A stretch of DNA of 64,000 nt from Promethearchaeota archaeon (GTDB lineage: Archaea > Asgardarchaeota > Lokiarchaeia > Sigyniarchaeales > SOKP01), in NCBI GenBank assembly GCA_016840085.1, contig JAEOTA010000056.1, forward strand, positions 35,717-99,716, in the 5' to 3' direction. The translations under genes were made by a program, and so were the position numbers. Numbering within the stretch: the first letter of the stretch is position 1; each line of letters begins with the position of its first letter. Of the stretch, positions 61,768 to 64,000 are shown piece by piece. The notes beneath the pieces are model-generated. The model ran no database searches. It was not told the DNA's origin and saw nothing but the letters and a program-made list of their open reading frames with translations.

Positions 61768-62811
61768 TTATGGATTTTTTGATTTAATTATCGTATCTAC
61801 TACTGTATTAAAACTTGATTCTACATTTTTTCCTGTTAAAGCAGAAGTTTCAATATATTCAAGATTGAAATCTTTTGCGAGTTTTATTGCTTCTTCTTGA
61901 TTTATTATTCTTTCATCGGTAAGATCTTCTTTATTACCTAAAATAAAACCTATTAAGTCAGATTCACTTTTTATAAAATTTTTTATATCTTTATACCAAT
62001 TTGGTATACTTTCAAAAGATTTACGATCTGTTAGATCAAAAATAAGTATCACTGCTTCGAGCCCCTTGTAAAAGTGGTGCCGCATGACATCGAATTTTTC
62101 TTGACCAGCTATGTCCCACAGAATTAATTTTACTAAGCTATTACTGGTTTTTATATTTTTCTCTGAGACATTGACTCCAAGCGTAGGAATGTATGTTCTT
62201 GTAAAAGCGCCATCGGTGAAGCGTAAAATCGTAGAAGTTTTTCCGACTCCTGGATCTCCACATACAACTATTTTAAAATTGTAAAGAGATTCCACTTCTT
62301 TTTCAATTTTTTCTTCAGGAAAAGCTTCCAATTCTGATGTCGCTATCTCTTTTTCTTGTAGATCTTTTAAAATTTCAGATATTTTGATACGTAAGTTGTT
62401 TATTTCAACGTAAATTTGATCACTCTTAACTTTTTGAGTTTCTAATTCAATAATTTTATCGACACTCTCAGAAATCGCAGAATCAAGATATTCCAAATAT
62501 TTATAAAAGATAATGTCATGCGCTTCATTAAATAACAAAGCAATTGAAGATATAGCAACTTTACCACGACGATTTTTGTCTTCTCTTTCAATATATCTAA
62601 TTACACCTTTTAAATTGAATAAGGGAAAAGGAATAATTACCAAAGAGCTTGGTACTACTCCGTCATCAGCAGAAAGCATAGTTATTGTCTTAATACCCAC
62701 TGACATACGAATTTTTTCAGATAAATCAAGTGGATACCAAAGGTGAGGATTTGGACCCAAATTTTCCTCTAGTGTCGTATAAATTATTGCGTTAATGATA
62801 TCTTCCGACAT
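61768..62811 (-). CDS. Rab-like small GTPase with N-terminal longin/uDENN-like domain
   Basis: G1 GDPGVGKT, G2 YIPTLG, G3 WDIAGQE, G4 NKED, G5 ETSAL; about 175-aa N-terminal extension. Confidence 0.92.
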   Translation of the reverse strand: MSEDIINAIIYTTLEENLGPNPHLWYPLDLSEKIRMSVGIKTITMLSADDGVVPSSLVIIPFPLFNLKGVIRYIEREDKNRRGKVAISSIALLFNEAHDIIFYKYLEYLDSAISESVDKIIELETQKVKSDQIYVEINNLRIKISEILKDLQEKEIATSELEAFPEEKIEKEVESLYNFKIVVCGDPGVGKTSTILRFTDGAFTRTYIPTLGVNVSEKNIKTSNSLVKLILWDIAGQEKFDVMRHHFYKGLEAVILIFDLTDRKSFESIPNWYKDIKNFIKSESDLIGFILGNKEDLTDERIINQEEAIKLAKDFNLEYIETSALTGKNVESSFNTVVDTIIKSKNP

Positions 62812-62993
62812 TATCAGCTTTTAATATTATATATATCTAGAGAAAAGTTTTACCCCTTTTTGAATTTTCTTTATTGAATATGATAAATCTAGGACTCAAT
62901 AAAAATGGTAATTGTATTATTCAGATATAAATAATTCTTCGTAAAAGGTCTGTTTCACGGCAAAAAAAATGTAATTGATTTAACTTAACAAAA

Positions 62994-63323
62994 CTATTCT
63001 ATTTTTTCAATAATAGTTTTTAATTCAGGTATTCTTTGTTTAATAGTCATCCATACTAGTTTTAAATCAACTTCAGAATAAGCATGAATTAATTTATCTC
63101 TCATTCCAGCTATTTCTTTCCAAGATATTTGAGAATACTTCTCTCTGATGTTTTCAGGGATATTTTTAGTTGCTTCTCCTATAATTTCAAATTTTCTAAT
63201 CACAGCACTTGATGTTTTATCATCATTTATAAATTGTTCAAAATTCATTCCTTCTACGAAATTTTCTATGCTTATTATAGCATTTCTTATGTCATTTAAG
63301 AAAAGTGTATATTTTTTATTCAT
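62994..63323 (-). CDS. hepT: HepT-like (DUF86) HEPN RNase toxin
   Basis: EIIGEA, W..IAGMRDKLIHAY (Rx4HxY). Confidence 0.92.
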   Translation of the reverse strand: MNKKYTLFLNDIRNAIISIENFVEGMNFEQFINDDKTSSAVIRKFEIIGEATKNIPENIREKYSQISWKEIAGMRDKLIHAYSEVDLKLVWMTIKQRIPELKTIIEKIE

Positions 63324-63613
63324 ATATTGACCTCTTGAAGAATACTTTCTCTTAATTCTTCTTTTAATGCAGGTTTTGATATTACATCAACTTTCTTCTT
63401 AAAATATTCTTCTAAAAAAAGGGATAATCCAATATAATGGAATAAATCTGCATTATCTTCAAATTCTACTAAAAAATCGATATCACTCGTATCTTTTTGT
63501 TTATTATTAACGTAAGAACCAAATAAACCAATACTTTTTACCTTATATTTTGTTTTAATCTCATTTTTTAGCTTTTGAATTATAATAAAAACTTCTTCTT
63601 TACTCTCCACCAT
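63320..63613 (-). CDS. mntA: MntA-like minimal nucleotidyltransferase antitoxin
   Basis: GLFGSY...SDIDFLV, KVDV; 4-nt overlap with hepT. Confidence 0.92.
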   Translation of the reverse strand: MVESKEEVFIIIQKLKNEIKTKYKVKSIGLFGSYVNNKQKDTSDIDFLVEFEDNADLFHYIGLSLFLEEYFKKKVDVISKPALKEELRESILQEVNI

Positions 63614-64000
63614 TTTATTAACCTTTTTTTATGATATTATATTCGAGATAATTCATCATGCTCAAAAATTCTTATTCCCTATAGAAATATTATCAATTAG
63701 AATTAATAAATAAATTCAAATAGGATTTTAGCACTATTTGAATGCAAGAATTGTAAAAAGGAGCTTAATTTACCTAAAATATTATGCATTCTAAAATGAA
63801 TAATACAAAGATTTTTTAAAGTGGTATTTTAATTTTTATTAAAAATAAACGAGAATTCATAAAAAATAGAATAAACAGTATCAAAGGAAGTAGATCTCTA
63901 AATCCTATTGAACTCTGACTGTTTATATAAAAATTTAATTCTAATTTTTAATTTAAGATTATTCAGTTTTTCAATTTTATTTTTATTATAGATTACACAC

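Noticed and set aside
1271-63330. Numerous 60-117 aa ORFs nested within or antisense to long genes
   Set aside because: No motifs; they overlap well-supported CDSs
62994-64000. MntA-HepT plus AT-rich tail as a mobile or defence island edge
   Set aside because: A common archaeal TA pair; no integrase, att site or other defence genes visible

Overview
A very AT-rich (roughly 27-30% GC by eye), gene-dense archaeal chromosomal window, most likely Asgard (Lokiarchaeia-like). Support for that call: an actin-family gene, a Rab-like GTPase fused to a longin/uDENN-like domain, two TFB paralogues, an xPGY-TM-KK (PGF/Loki-CTERM-like) surface protein and a multi-PAS kinase. Most genes are metabolic or housekeeping: M32 carboxypeptidase, purD, topoisomerase IA, nfo, AOR, three LLM oxidoreductases, tdh/kbl, acyl-CoA ligase, an MgtE/PhoU-TrkA_C cluster and a MntA-HepT toxin-antitoxin pair. 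I saw no rRNA, tRNA, CRISPR array or intact transposase. Two loci stand out. (1) A co-oriented cluster at 18.8-22.2 kb places a coiled-coil / Pro-rich-repeat / C-terminal WH2-like (RDEMLDELNR-LKKI) protein two genes upstream of a catalytically divergent actin, a candidate archaeal nucleation-promoting-factor + Arp module. (2) At 38.2-45.1 kb two P2-like P-type ATPases flank a VMP1/DedA-family gene. Both have lost the TM4 ion-binding Glu (PEGL -> PFNL / PINL, resembling the P4 flippase PISL) and carry His in place of the TM6 Asp, a candidate lipid-translocation or novel-substrate pump system. There are also several gene remnants, a nonsense-interrupted acetoacetate decarboxylase-like gene and probable CTG start codons. 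All functional calls are from motif recognition by eye; no searches were run.
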